From Spirochaetaceae bacterium (GTDB taxonomy: Bacteria; Spirochaetota; Spirochaetia; DSM-2461): a DNA stretch of 64,000 nucleotides. The stretch covers positions 1,824,001-1,888,000 of the forward strand of contig OZ245056.1 of NCBI GenBank assembly GCA_965224705.1. Direction: 5' to 3'. The first letter of the stretch is position 1; every line of letters starts with the position of its first letter. The position numbers were made by a program, and so were the translations under genes. The notes beneath the pieces were generated by a model. That model was given only the letters and a program-made list of their open reading frames with translations. It searched no databases and was not told the origin of the DNA. Positions 1 to 9,577 of the stretch are shown here, piece by piece.

Positions 1-9
1 GTGTTCACC

Positions 10-714
10 ATGAAAAAGCTTATAATTCTGTTTGTATTGACTCTAACCTCAGTCATTCTCACTGCCGGTGATCTCGCTGTACTTGAAAATCTGGGTTTCA
101 GTCCTGATGGACGGTATTTTATGTTCGGACAGCATGTATTGATACCAAAAGACGGCAAAGCTTATGCGGAAACAGCTATTGTCAATGTTTCTCAAAACAC
201 ATTTGTGTCCAATGGCTGGAAAAAGAAATCGTGGAAGATTCAAATGCTGCCCAATCAGGATTCCCGCGGTGCTCTGTATGAAATACTCAGAGATATGATT
301 GACTTGAAAGACCGATATGGTATTAATCATCTGAATCAGGGCCGGTTACTGTATACGAAAAGCTACGATGACGAAAAACCTGCGGATAACGAGTTCAGCA
401 GCGAAATCCCTGTTCTTACCTTCAGAGATTTTTCCAGAGGTACTGAGTACATTCTTCAGCTTGAGCAGAGTAATCAAACAACAGGTGACAGCGCATCAGC
501 GGCATTTCACATACTTGTTACTATTGAAAACGCTGATGGTCATGTTGCTCAATACACAGTTGGGCGCCCCTCCTACATGAGACCTGATGTGGTGTCATAC
601 TCAATTGCCCGGGTCTGGATTGCACCCAATGCCCGCTCCCTTGTGATTGGCGTTCTCAAAGAGTATTCTGATTTATCCGCTCGCTACATGGTAGAAACCC
701 TGACACTGAATTAA
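10..714 (+). CDS. Secreted DUF2259-like protein
   Basis: Signal peptide MKKLIILFVLTLTSVILTAG followed by GD..LENLGFSPDGRYFMFGQ, as recalled for spirochaete DUF2259 proteins. ATG at 10 preferred over GTG at 1. Confidence 0.7.
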   Translation: MKKLIILFVLTLTSVILTAGDLAVLENLGFSPDGRYFMFGQHVLIPKDGKAYAETAIVNVSQNTFVSNGWKKKSWKIQMLPNQDSRGALYEILRDMIDLKDRYGINHLNQGRLLYTKSYDDEKPADNEFSSEIPVLTFRDFSRGTEYILQLEQSNQTTGDSASAAFHILVTIENADGHVAQYTVGRPSYMRPDVVSYSIARVWIAPNARSLVIGVLKEYSDLSARYMVETLTLN

Positions 715-726
715 TCCCGGGAGTCT

Positions 727-2451
727 TTGATGCGTCTAAGTCAGTCCTTCTACCGTACTCTCAAGGAAATCCCGAAAGATGCCGCTGTACCCAGCCATCA
801 ATTGATGTTTCGGACAGGGATGATTCAGCAGCTTGCCAGTGGAATCTACAGTTATCTGCCCCTTGCTCTTCGCAGTATCCACAAAATAGAACGCATTATC
901 CGTGAAGAATTAAACCGCCGATCCTGTGAAGAAATTCTCATGCCGGCAGTTCAGCCTGCAGAACTGTGGAAGGAATCCGGCCGGTGGGATCTGTATGGAG
1001 AGCTTCTTCTGCGATTCAAGGATAGGAAGGGCAATGACTACTGCATGGGGCCAACACATGAAGAAGTTATCACTGATATAGTAAGAAATAACTTGAAATC
1101 ATGGAGGCAATTGCCCTGGAACCTTTACCAGATACAGGATAAGTTTCGGGATGAATTCAGGCCGCGGTTCGGATTGATGAGAGGCCGGGAATTCATTATG
1201 AAGGATGCTTATAGTTTCGATATTGACAAAAAAAGTGCGCAGAAATCATTCAATCTGATGTTTGAAGCCTATAACGATATTTTCAAGCGATGCGGACTGG
1301 AGTTTCGGGCAGTGGATGCTTCAACAGGCGAAATCGGCGGGGAGATGAGCCGCGAGTTTCAGGTACTGGCCTCTACCGGAGAGGATATTATTCTAAGTTG
1401 TGATACTTGCAGCTACGCCGTTAATAGAGAAAAAGCTGTATCAAAGCGTGAGATCACTACCGGGAACAGGGCATTGTTCAAACCGATGGAAATTGTGGAA
1501 ACACCCGGAGCAAAGACGATACAGGACGTCTCCAATTTTCTGAACATTCCTCCAGACCGTTTCCTGAAATGCCTGGTTTATGAGGCTGATTCAGACCTGG
1601 TACTTGCACTCATTGCCGGCAACAAAGATGTGAATGAATCAAAGCTTCAGTCCGTTTTAAATGCTGCTTCTCTGAAACTGGCATCAGAGGAAACAGCTCA
1701 GGAAAGAATTTCAGCTGAATTTGGATCTATTGGACCGGTGGGACTGCCATCTGAGATAAAAATAATTACCGATATATCGGTATCATCCCGGATGAACTGG
1801 ATGGCAGGAGCCAATGCGGCAGGGAGACATTACAGGAATGTCAATCCTGGCAGGGATTTTGAAGTAACGAACTATCATGATATTGTATTTGCAAGTGCTG
1901 GAGAGAGGTGTTCTGAGTGCGGCCAGGGTTCTCTGGAAGAGAATAGAGGTATAGAAGTTGGTCATATTTTTTATCTGGGAACAAAGTATTCCAGGGCCAT
2001 GGACTGTTGTTTTCTGGACAAAGAAGGAAACTCCCAGCCAGTTGAAATGGGCTGCTATGGTATCGGTGTGGGTCGAACGATGGCTGCTGCCATTGAACAG
2101 AATCACGATGAAAATGGTATTATCTGGCCTGTACCTATTGCACCGTGGGAAGTGATTATCATACCCCTCCAGATCAATAATCATAGTGTTGTTTCCAATG
2201 CCGAAAAAATCTATTCTGAATTATCAGAAGCTGGTCTGGATGTTATTCTTGATGACAGGGATGAACGTCCAGGGTTTAAATTCAAGGATGCAGACCTCAT
2301 CGGCTATCCTGTACAAATCATCCTTGGAACTCGATCCGTTGCAGATGGAAACGCCGAGGTAAAATTTAGAGCTTCAGGGAAGAAGGTTCAAATCTCCCTG
2401 AGAGAAGTTTCAAGCCATACTGCCAGCTGGATAAAATCACAACTGCACTAA
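727..2451 (+). CDS. proS: Proline--tRNA ligase
   Basis: MRLSQ N-terminus, GPTHEE, FRDEFRPRFGLMRGREF, GIEVGHIF and MGCYGIG motifs, with the editing insertion; 574 aa. Confidence 0.97.
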   Translation: MMRLSQSFYRTLKEIPKDAAVPSHQLMFRTGMIQQLASGIYSYLPLALRSIHKIERIIREELNRRSCEEILMPAVQPAELWKESGRWDLYGELLLRFKDRKGNDYCMGPTHEEVITDIVRNNLKSWRQLPWNLYQIQDKFRDEFRPRFGLMRGREFIMKDAYSFDIDKKSAQKSFNLMFEAYNDIFKRCGLEFRAVDASTGEIGGEMSREFQVLASTGEDIILSCDTCSYAVNREKAVSKREITTGNRALFKPMEIVETPGAKTIQDVSNFLNIPPDRFLKCLVYEADSDLVLALIAGNKDVNESKLQSVLNAASLKLASEETAQERISAEFGSIGPVGLPSEIKIITDISVSSRMNWMAGANAAGRHYRNVNPGRDFEVTNYHDIVFASAGERCSECGQGSLEENRGIEVGHIFYLGTKYSRAMDCCFLDKEGNSQPVEMGCYGIGVGRTMAAAIEQNHDENGIIWPVPIAPWEVIIIPLQINNHSVVSNAEKIYSELSEAGLDVILDDRDERPGFKFKDADLIGYPVQIILGTRSVADGNAEVKFRASGKKVQISLREVSSHTASWIKSQLH

Positions 2452-3665
2452 TAATCTTCAATTACCTCCAGACCAGCTCTTTTATTTGCAATAATCAGGA
2501 TCAGAATCCCGGTTGCCGTATCCAGCATTGTACAGATCATAACCAGTAGGGGAATGATCGGCATCAGGATGTACCAGCCATTCTCCACGCCCCGGGCGTA
2601 AAGTTTACCAATGATAACAAGCATGGCAGTCAATCCATGGACAGGAACTGTCGGCAGTACAAATGAAACAAGAAAAGAGAATAATGCGGTCCATGCGGCC
2701 TGAAAAAGGGTAATCTCCAGGCTTGAATAGGAGCGAATAATGGTCATCATGCAAACCGCCCCGAATAAGGCTGTTCCGCCGCGGGCAAACATAAGACAGC
2801 CGGGCAGTATCAGGGCCGATGACTGTCTGGGTATTCTTATCTTTTCCTTCAGGTGGTAGGCAGTATTTCCATAGTTGAATAATGGTGAAGCGGAAAACAG
2901 AGCTCCGATAATGGGGCCGGACAGTTGGGCAAGTGTTTTCCACGGGGAATTATATTTTACAATTATCCTTAAAAGCAGGGGATATACGATGATGATAAGA
3001 AATGCACTGGTACCCAGAAGAACTGTCACAAGGGGAACAAATTTCTGAAAGCCAGCAATTCTCCGGGCAGAATATATGGACTGAAATGCGAGAACAGCCA
3101 GAAAAAATGGCATGAATTTCAAGAGATAGCGATTTGCCCGGTAGAAGATACGGGAAAGTGAATCAAAAACATTGTACGATGGTTCAGCAATTTCTTTGTT
3201 GTGGAAAAAATGCCAGCCAAGGAGGCAGGCTGGAAGGAGTATCGTCAGCAGGGGTAGGCCTTCATTCACGGGTTTCCATAGTCCTTCAAAACTGAGGATG
3301 CTTCTGATTGTATTCCCTAATTGTGGAAGAACAACCTGAGATGGCTGTACCGACACAACCGGTATTCGCCCAATATCAATGGCTAGAGCAATGATGGTGC
3401 CCGAAAGAGCAAGGATTGCAGATGAAACAACTATATATAAGGAAGAGTGAGCCAAAAGCGGCCGGAGTTTTCCAAGCCGCCGCAGCCTGGTAATCGCCAC
3501 GGGAAGAGAAAAGAATATGAGAGGTAGAAAGAAATAGCTCCCTGCTCCAAGGATGTAGCTGCTGATATCTCCGATCACCCGGGAGAGAATGCTTGAGAGG
3601 GGTAAGAACAGAGCCGCAATAATACCAATCAGAGAACCGGCTGTGTATGCTATCAATGTTTTCAT
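2448..3665 (-). CDS. Dicarboxylate/amino acid:cation symporter family protein (divergent)
   Basis: Multi-TM protein of 405 aa with DAACS-like segments (FARGGTAL, TMLDTATG). Confidence 0.75.
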   Translation of the reverse strand: MKTLIAYTAGSLIGIIAALFLPLSSILSRVIGDISSYILGAGSYFFLPLIFFSLPVAITRLRRLGKLRPLLAHSSLYIVVSSAILALSGTIIALAIDIGRIPVVSVQPSQVVLPQLGNTIRSILSFEGLWKPVNEGLPLLTILLPACLLGWHFFHNKEIAEPSYNVFDSLSRIFYRANRYLLKFMPFFLAVLAFQSIYSARRIAGFQKFVPLVTVLLGTSAFLIIIVYPLLLRIIVKYNSPWKTLAQLSGPIIGALFSASPLFNYGNTAYHLKEKIRIPRQSSALILPGCLMFARGGTALFGAVCMMTIIRSYSSLEITLFQAAWTALFSFLVSFVLPTVPVHGLTAMLVIIGKLYARGVENGWYILMPIIPLLVMICTMLDTATGILILIIANKRAGLEVIEDY

Positions 3666-3675
3666 GGCATAATCC

Positions 3676-4335
3676 TCAGCACTGAATTGTATTTGAGAAT
3701 GCTGAATTTTTTAAAAGATATGGTTTGCTGCGGTGCCGATACCAGCGGCCGCGAAGCCTGGGAGGTCTCTCCTCCCATAGACATACCATTGCTGTGGAGA
3801 ATTCAAGGGCATCCGGGGAATTGCTGTGCATACCGCAGGACCATGTTTTTAAGTCTCCCTCCTTCATAAGGGCAGTGGCAAAACCTGTAAATGCTCCCTG
3901 AGAAAGACCGTTCATTATACCGCTACGGGCACCTGTTTCATGAGGTACCACCATGCCAAGGAAACTGTCTGTTGATTCCAGTGCTGCAAGAAGCTCCCGG
4001 GAGAGAGCTATTGAGCCTTTAATCTTCTGTTCAAGAGTTTTTTCAATATCACTGCTGTCAATTTCAGCGAAGGGTTTTGTGATTTTATCCGAGCTGTGAA
4101 TGATCCATACAGCATCAATATGATTGAACAGACGCAGAGATTCCCTGACAATTGCCTTGGTTGAGAACCATGAGGCCGGGTTCCAGGATAAGGTGATAAG
4201 GCGCTCTGTCTCATCGGCAGGAGTTTCGTCTCCTGTCGCCACAGCAATAACCTGACAGCCTTTTTTCAGCAGTATATTGATCAGACTTCGGCCAACAAAA
4301 GACTCACTTTCTGACACCAGTACAACTTTTTCCAT
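3676..4335 (-). CDS. SDR-like Rossmann-fold protein (degenerate)
   Basis: VVLVS..SFVGRSL N-terminus and HIDAV segment; canonical GxxxGxG and YxxxK motifs not intact. Confidence 0.6.
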   Translation of the reverse strand: MEKVVLVSESESFVGRSLINILLKKGCQVIAVATGDETPADETERLITLSWNPASWFSTKAIVRESLRLFNHIDAVWIIHSSDKITKPFAEIDSSDIEKTLEQKIKGSIALSRELLAALESTDSFLGMVVPHETGARSGIMNGLSQGAFTGFATALMKEGDLKTWSCGMHSNSPDALEFSTAMVCLWEERPPRLRGRWYRHRSKPYLLKNSAFSNTIQC

Positions 4336-4341
4336 TAATGC

Positions 4342-4370
4342 AGTCTACCTGGCGTGGGAACAACCGTCAA
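4342..4370 (-). promoter_or_regulatory. Sigma70-like promoter, probably giving a leaderless mRNA for the SDR-like gene
   Basis: Minus strand reads TTGACG-17 nt-TAGACT-6 nt-ATG with no SD. Confidence 0.6.
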
Positions 4371-7300
4371 CGCAAAAATTTAAGTAAACGATTTAATCGG
4401 AATTCAGAAGCATCGGCGGCTTTGCTCCATTTTTTAAGCAATTTCTTCAACGTTCTGTGAGGTACAGCCTGACCTGAAGCCGTAAGGATCACTGTTCTCA
4501 CAAAAGAATTCCAGCTTTCCAGATTGTACCATAACTCTCCCTCCCAGAAATTCACACCACAAGCCTGCCGCCCTTCATTATCGGCCATCAAAACTCCCAG
4601 AGCCCGGGATGGACTTTTGACAAACTCTATCCAGGAAGGTAGATTCATCGCAACAGATAGATTACGGCATTCAAAGCGACGTCCTACCCAATTATCCAGA
4701 TCCCACTCATACCAGCAGTCGGCCCCTGGAACTGAAAGAATGCTCCAGAGGACAAGGAGCAGAGAGTCATCTTCACTGGAATCTCCAAATTTCCTGGTTA
4801 TAGACCGCCTGAGACTGCGATACGGGAATCTCCACATTTTGGCCGATTCTTCCAGCCGATACTGAATCCTCTCAGCAGCCCGGGCTGAATTTCCAAAGTC
4901 AGTTCTGCAGAATTCTCTTATTTGATCCAGGAGATTCCCAATTTTGTTCTTCTCCAGCCATGGAGTCTGTCGGACTTTAAGGCTTCGAGGCGATTTTTGA
5001 TGATTTTTTCTTGATGCAAGGCGACAAAAACGGAGCGTAGCTGGGCTACGTGAGTATTTTGGCAACACAGCAGCAGGTAAAAAGGGCAAAAATCGAGGCA
5101 TGAGGCGTAAGTCCGACAGGCTCCACGAAAAAGGTCTCTTCCCCATGCGAATTCTGTCGGCCAGTTCATGAATCACATCAGGAGGAAGGAGTTGATCAAG
5201 AGCATTATGCAGGGGGCGAAGTCTTATTTCTTTCAACACTTGTTTAAAATCATGCACCCCGGAACCATTCAAGTCAGCAGCAAGAGTTTCCCACACATCA
5301 TTACTGCTGTCGGGAATGTGAATGTCTAGAAAGGTCTGCCGTCCAAAACCATCGATACTGATATGCAGACCGTTTTTTCTCAGTTCACCAACAGAACGGA
5401 TGTACCAGAGGTCGGCTGTCTGATCTCTGAGAAGAATCCAGTTATCATCTCCTGCATCATCAGGAACAAGGGCTGCAGCCAGAAAGTCGCATTTCATCCC
5501 ATACTCATTTGTATTGACAGGTGAAGCCTCATTAATGGTTCCAATTGCTCTTTCGTAAGAGTTATTCACAATAATCAGGGATCTATCCCTACCAGACACA
5601 TTTGTAAAAGCATAGACAGACTCAATAACGCCATGAGTCCCATGGAGATCGTATAGACGAAACTCGGAAGCTCCAGCAAAAAGCCTCCGTCTGCGCAGCA
5701 GGGGAAATATTTCTCTTTCATGCCGGGCGATGAGTTCATCATCCTGGGATTCATCCCTGAAAGCTTTTACATACTCCATTCCGTATTTTTCAGACAGTCC
5801 TTCAATCTGTCCATGACCAACCATGGGAAGACCGGGAAGAGTGGCAAGAAGTGTACAGACAGTAAAATACCTGTCGTTCTTGCCGAATTGATTCACGGCG
5901 GTTTCTTCATCAGGGTTATTCATGAAATTGACAAATCGCTGAAGAATTCCAGGGTCGAAAGCAAGTGTGTCTTTGATTATGTTACGATATTCTGCATTTT
6001 GCTGATCTCTAAGCATGTTCATGAAGGCAGAATTGTAAACCCTGTGCATTCCGAGAGTTCGAACAAAAAAACCTTCCATCATCCAGAATGCTTCGGCAAG
6101 GAGGAGAGTACCCGGAGCTTCATGGGCGACACGGTCAACAACTTCCCTCCAGAATTCTTTCGGAAGCAGCTTATTGAATTCTTCATCTGTCAGAGGGTGT
6201 TCTGATCGGGAAGAGATGGCCCCCCCGCTTCCGGGCTCTGGAAACCACAAACGGCGAATATGCTTTCGGGCAAGGACCATGGCCGCATCAAAGCGAATGA
6301 CAGGAAAACTGCGGGCAACTTGAATAATATCCTGAATAACCATTTCACGGGCCTCGGGATTGAGGAAGTTGATCTGTGCTGTATCGTTCCAGGGCATGGA
6401 CGTACCATCATTTCCATGATACAGGTACCGCACTTCACCCGTTCTGTTGTTTCTATGCTGAAAAACGACAGCCGCATCACTCTGATTGTAGTAATGATCT
6501 TCCAGGCGGATATCCACCGCCTCATCGCCTGATAGATTGTCACTGAGAAATGAATAGCCCGGATAGGGACATTCTGGAACACTGAGCAGCCTTTCCGGGT
6601 GATGCCTTACCCAATCGGAATCAATTCCCACATGGTTGGGAACCATGTCGCTTGAGAGACGGATTCCCCGCTGCAGTGCCCTGTGTTTGAGGTTGTCCAG
6701 GGCCGCCCATCCCCCAAGTTCTCCAGCGATGTCATATCCAAACAAAGAATAAGCCGAAGCGGCCGCATGAGGATTGCCCATGCGCTGCTTAATCTCCCGA
6801 CTTGCCGGACTTCTTTCCCAGAGGCCAATGAGCCACAGGGCATTGAAACCACGGGAAGCGATGATATCAAGTTCCTCATCAGGAACCTGGTCCAGTCGGG
6901 AAATCTCATACCCACAGGATTCCGTAAGCTGGCTCAGCCAGACCAGTACATTTTTTGCAAGCAGAACAACATTGGGCATCCAGTCATCATCCGGACTGAA
7001 TCGGGCTGTTTCATCCAGGAGTTCAATTCCCGGTCCTTCTGTCGGCCCCGGGCCTGGAAAGCGGATGCGGTTTTCTTCTTCCATCATATCCAGGGCACCT
7101 GTAACTTCCCCGATCCAGTCTCCATGGAGAACTCCCCAATGTTTCAGGATGTACAGCAGTTGATCTCTTACGGAATATGGAGCAACGATGAAGGGCATTT
7201 TGAGAGTTTCAAGCGGAGTTTTATCCACCGGGGCACATCGATCCAGATTTTTGTCAGTTTCTTCAACCAGCATCCAGGATTGTTCATCGTCACCCTCTGG

Positions 7301-7693
7301 ATTCTGGAACAGGTCAACAAAGGATGAAAAGCCAGGATTGATTCGAGCCAGGTTTCTAAGTATCCACTTCTGGAAGTGATCTTCCGGCAGTACAAACGTA
7401 TCCGGCAGCAAATTGAACAGGGTTTTTTCATAGGGCTGGGGATTTTTTTCGAACTTATCCAGCAGTATCTGACAGGCAGTCACGATGTAACCGGCGGCAT
7501 AGACAGTACCGGCGGAAGGGGTTTGTCCTCCCAGTTTTTCAGCATATGCCATGACCAGTTCACGAGCTTCTTTCCTTGAATTAATGACAAGGAAGCCATT
7601 TTGATCAAACCTTTCACGAGGAATGTCAAGTTGATCCTTCGCCGATTGACTGAGAGGTATCAGCGGTCTGGGAGGTTTGGCAGACATATTCAT
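4367..7693 (-). CDS. GH13 alpha-amylase family glycoside hydrolase carrying a 55-aa in-frame repeat insertion
   Basis: DMVPNH, IRFDAAM, LAEAFW and FMNNPDE (GH13 regions I-IV); 1108 aa. Confidence 0.9.
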   Translation of the reverse strand: MNMSAKPPRPLIPLSQSAKDQLDIPRERFDQNGFLVINSRKEARELVMAYAEKLGGQTPSAGTVYAAGYIVTACQILLDKFEKNPQPYEKTLFNLLPDTFVLPEDHFQKWILRNLARINPGFSSFVDLFQNPEGDDEQSWMLVEETDKNLDRCAPVDKTPLETLKMPFIVAPYSVRDQLLYILKHWGVLHGDWIGEVTGALDMMEEENRIRFPGPGPTEGPGIELLDETARFSPDDDWMPNVVLLAKNVLVWLSQLTESCGYEISRLDQVPDEELDIIASRGFNALWLIGLWERSPASREIKQRMGNPHAAASAYSLFGYDIAGELGGWAALDNLKHRALQRGIRLSSDMVPNHVGIDSDWVRHHPERLLSVPECPYPGYSFLSDNLSGDEAVDIRLEDHYYNQSDAAVVFQHRNNRTGEVRYLYHGNDGTSMPWNDTAQINFLNPEAREMVIQDIIQVARSFPVIRFDAAMVLARKHIRRLWFPEPGSGGAISSRSEHPLTDEEFNKLLPKEFWREVVDRVAHEAPGTLLLAEAFWMMEGFFVRTLGMHRVYNSAFMNMLRDQQNAEYRNIIKDTLAFDPGILQRFVNFMNNPDEETAVNQFGKNDRYFTVCTLLATLPGLPMVGHGQIEGLSEKYGMEYVKAFRDESQDDELIARHEREIFPLLRRRRLFAGASEFRLYDLHGTHGVIESVYAFTNVSGRDRSLIIVNNSYERAIGTINEASPVNTNEYGMKCDFLAAALVPDDAGDDNWILLRDQTADLWYIRSVGELRKNGLHISIDGFGRQTFLDIHIPDSSNDVWETLAADLNGSGVHDFKQVLKEIRLRPLHNALDQLLPPDVIHELADRIRMGKRPFSWSLSDLRLMPRFLPFLPAAVLPKYSRSPATLRFCRLASRKNHQKSPRSLKVRQTPWLEKNKIGNLLDQIREFCRTDFGNSARAAERIQYRLEESAKMWRFPYRSLRRSITRKFGDSSEDDSLLLVLWSILSVPGADCWYEWDLDNWVGRRFECRNLSVAMNLPSWIEFVKSPSRALGVLMADNEGRQACGVNFWEGELWYNLESWNSFVRTVILTASGQAVPHRTLKKLLKKWSKAADASEFRLNRLLKFLR
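4963..5123 (-). mobile_element. 161-bp palindromic MITE/RPE-like element inside the amylase CDS
   Basis: TIRs GAGTCTGTCGGACTT (4963-4977) and AAGTCCGACAGGCTC (5109-5123), flanked by CATG/CACG. Near-identical to the reverse complement of 62661-62946 apart from an internal module. Confidence 0.92.
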
Positions 7694-8244
7694 TCTCCCG
7701 ATTCTGGAATCATTGTTTCTTTGATTTGTGCAATTCTGTCTCTGAGTACTGCAGCCTGCTCATAATTCTCTTCCTGCAATGCTTCAGCCAGTTCTTTCTT
7801 AAGGTAATCAATCTGCATGACAATCGGTACTCTCGATTTGTCAACAATCATACCAGCACTGTCTTCTTCAAGAATGGAATCCTCAATCAGTATGGAGGCA
7901 TTTGTACTGGCTGCCAGAGCTAATGCCACGGCTGTCTGGGTTTCAAAAGAAAACTGAGTTTTCTCACCGGCAAAGTGAACTATCGCTCGATATTGGCCGT
8001 CAATGCCGCCTCTCAGAATTTCCACCGATTCCATTGTCATGGAAATCGCCGTTGTTATCGCAATGATTAAATCTGAATAGCTGTGTTCCTTTTTTCTGTT
8101 ATTTGCTGCAGCCGCCAGAATCTCCATAACGTCATGTGCTTCTACATACACAGGCAGACACTGAGTTGTGTTGGGGACACGCAGCAATATGGCATAACCT
8201 TTAGCGGTTTGCCCGGCTGTCCAGATATCAACTTTTGTAAACAT
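7690..8244 (-). CDS. Bifunctional nuclease (DUF151) family protein with C-terminal UvrB/UvrC motif
   Basis: AILLR...LPVYV N-terminus, ALALA segment, and C-terminal LAEALQEENYEQAAVLRDRI. Confidence 0.8.
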   Translation of the reverse strand: MFTKVDIWTAGQTAKGYAILLRVPNTTQCLPVYVEAHDVMEILAAAANNRKKEHSYSDLIIAITTAISMTMESVEILRGGIDGQYRAIVHFAGEKTQFSFETQTAVALALAASTNASILIEDSILEEDSAGMIVDKSRVPIVMQIDYLKKELAEALQEENYEQAAVLRDRIAQIKETMIPESGE

Positions 8245-8250
8245 ACTCGA

Positions 8251-9519
8251 TTAATCCCCGGGAAGTCCTTGATAATTCAGCGTTGCAAAATAGTCGGACA
8301 GAGTTTCCTGTCTGCGTATTTCCATGATCTCTCCATTCTCTTTCAGTAAAAGTTCCCCAGCCCGTAGTTTTCCATTATAATTGAAACCCATTGCCCTGCC
8401 ATGGGCCCCTGTATCATGAATCACAAGAAGATCTCCTGTTTCGATGGGAGGAAGCTTCCTGTTCACAGCAAATTTATCATTATTCTCACAGAGGCTGCCC
8501 ACAACATCACAGGTTTGTGTCAATTCTTCATTTTCCTTGCCCGCAACAGTTATGTGGTGATAGGCCCCATACATTCCGGGTCTCATGAAATCAGCCATGG
8601 AGGCATCCACTCCAATGTATTCCCGGTATGTATGCTTCTTATGAATAGCCTGTGTAATAAGATATCCATAAGGACCGGTGATCACTCTGGCACATTCCAT
8701 GTTTATAACAGCCGGTTTTAAGCCATTGTTGACGATGAATTCTGTGTAACACTGCTCGATCCCCCTGGAAACAGCCCGTATATCGACTGGAGTCTCTCCC
8801 GGGTTGTACGGGATACCAATACCTCCACCGAAATTGATGAAATCCATGTTGATGCCGGTTTTTCGGGAAATCTCTTCACTGAGCTGAAGAAGCTGAGAGG
8901 CTGTATCAATGAAGTAATGCTCATCAAGTTCATTGGAGGCAACCATAGTATGAATGCCGAAGTTCTGTACACCCTTTTTCCTGGCCAGGGTATATGCTTC
9001 AAACATCTGTTTTCTGGTCAGGCCGTATTTGGCTTCTGCAGGGGTCCCTATAATACTGTTTCCCTCTTTTGCCGAACCGGGATTGTACCGAAATGCCAGA
9101 GTATCCGGCAGACCAATTTGTTCAAGATACTCCAGATGAGTAATATCATCCAGGTTGATAATGGCATTGATATCCTTAGCCTTGCGGTACTCCCTGGCAG
9201 GAGTGTTGTTGGATGTGAAGAAAACTTTGTCGCCCGTGAGGCCAACCGTTTCCGACAGTATGAGTTCTGCCATTGAGGAGCAGTCAGTTCCCATTCCTTC
9301 TTCAATCAGGATCTTCAATATCCATGGATTGGGACAGGCCTTTACAGCATAATAATTGCGGAATCCAATTGGAGCCCACTGGAAAGATTCATTGAACGAA
9401 CGAGCATTTTTTCTAATGGCCTTCTCATCGTAAAGATGAAATGGAGTGGGGTATTGACGGGCAATCTCTTTGAGAAATTCTAAACTGAATGGCAAAGTCC
9501 GCCTGAGCCTTTCTGACAC
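8251..9519 (-). CDS. lysA: Diaminopimelate decarboxylase
   Basis: PTPFHLYD, YAVKACPN (PLP lysine), GGGIG, GSLCENND and GAHGRAMGFNYN motifs. Confidence 0.95.
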   Translation of the reverse strand: MSERLRRTLPFSLEFLKEIARQYPTPFHLYDEKAIRKNARSFNESFQWAPIGFRNYYAVKACPNPWILKILIEEGMGTDCSSMAELILSETVGLTGDKVFFTSNNTPAREYRKAKDINAIINLDDITHLEYLEQIGLPDTLAFRYNPGSAKEGNSIIGTPAEAKYGLTRKQMFEAYTLARKKGVQNFGIHTMVASNELDEHYFIDTASQLLQLSEEISRKTGINMDFINFGGGIGIPYNPGETPVDIRAVSRGIEQCYTEFIVNNGLKPAVINMECARVITGPYGYLITQAIHKKHTYREYIGVDASMADFMRPGMYGAYHHITVAGKENEELTQTCDVVGSLCENNDKFAVNRKLPPIETGDLLVIHDTGAHGRAMGFNYNGKLRAGELLLKENGEIMEIRRQETLSDYFATLNYQGLPGD

Positions 9520-9577
9520 TGTAATCTCCTCAACAAGTATTATAGACCCTTGCCAGTTTGTCGGCTATAGTTGGTAT

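Noticed and set aside
5720..7327. Antisense ORFs of 160-214 aa inside the amylase gene
   Set aside because: They lie opposite a well-supported CDS and have no recognisable motifs
9500..9519. The lysA start GTGTCAGAAAGG resembles the MITE TIR
   Set aside because: Only 11 bp match, there is no partner end, and it encodes a normal N-terminus; likely chance. The same applies to ATGTCAGAAAGG near 46566.
9470..9577. Extended pyrC N-terminus from the ORF track
   Set aside because: It overlaps the divergent lysA gene, and homology begins at about residue 37
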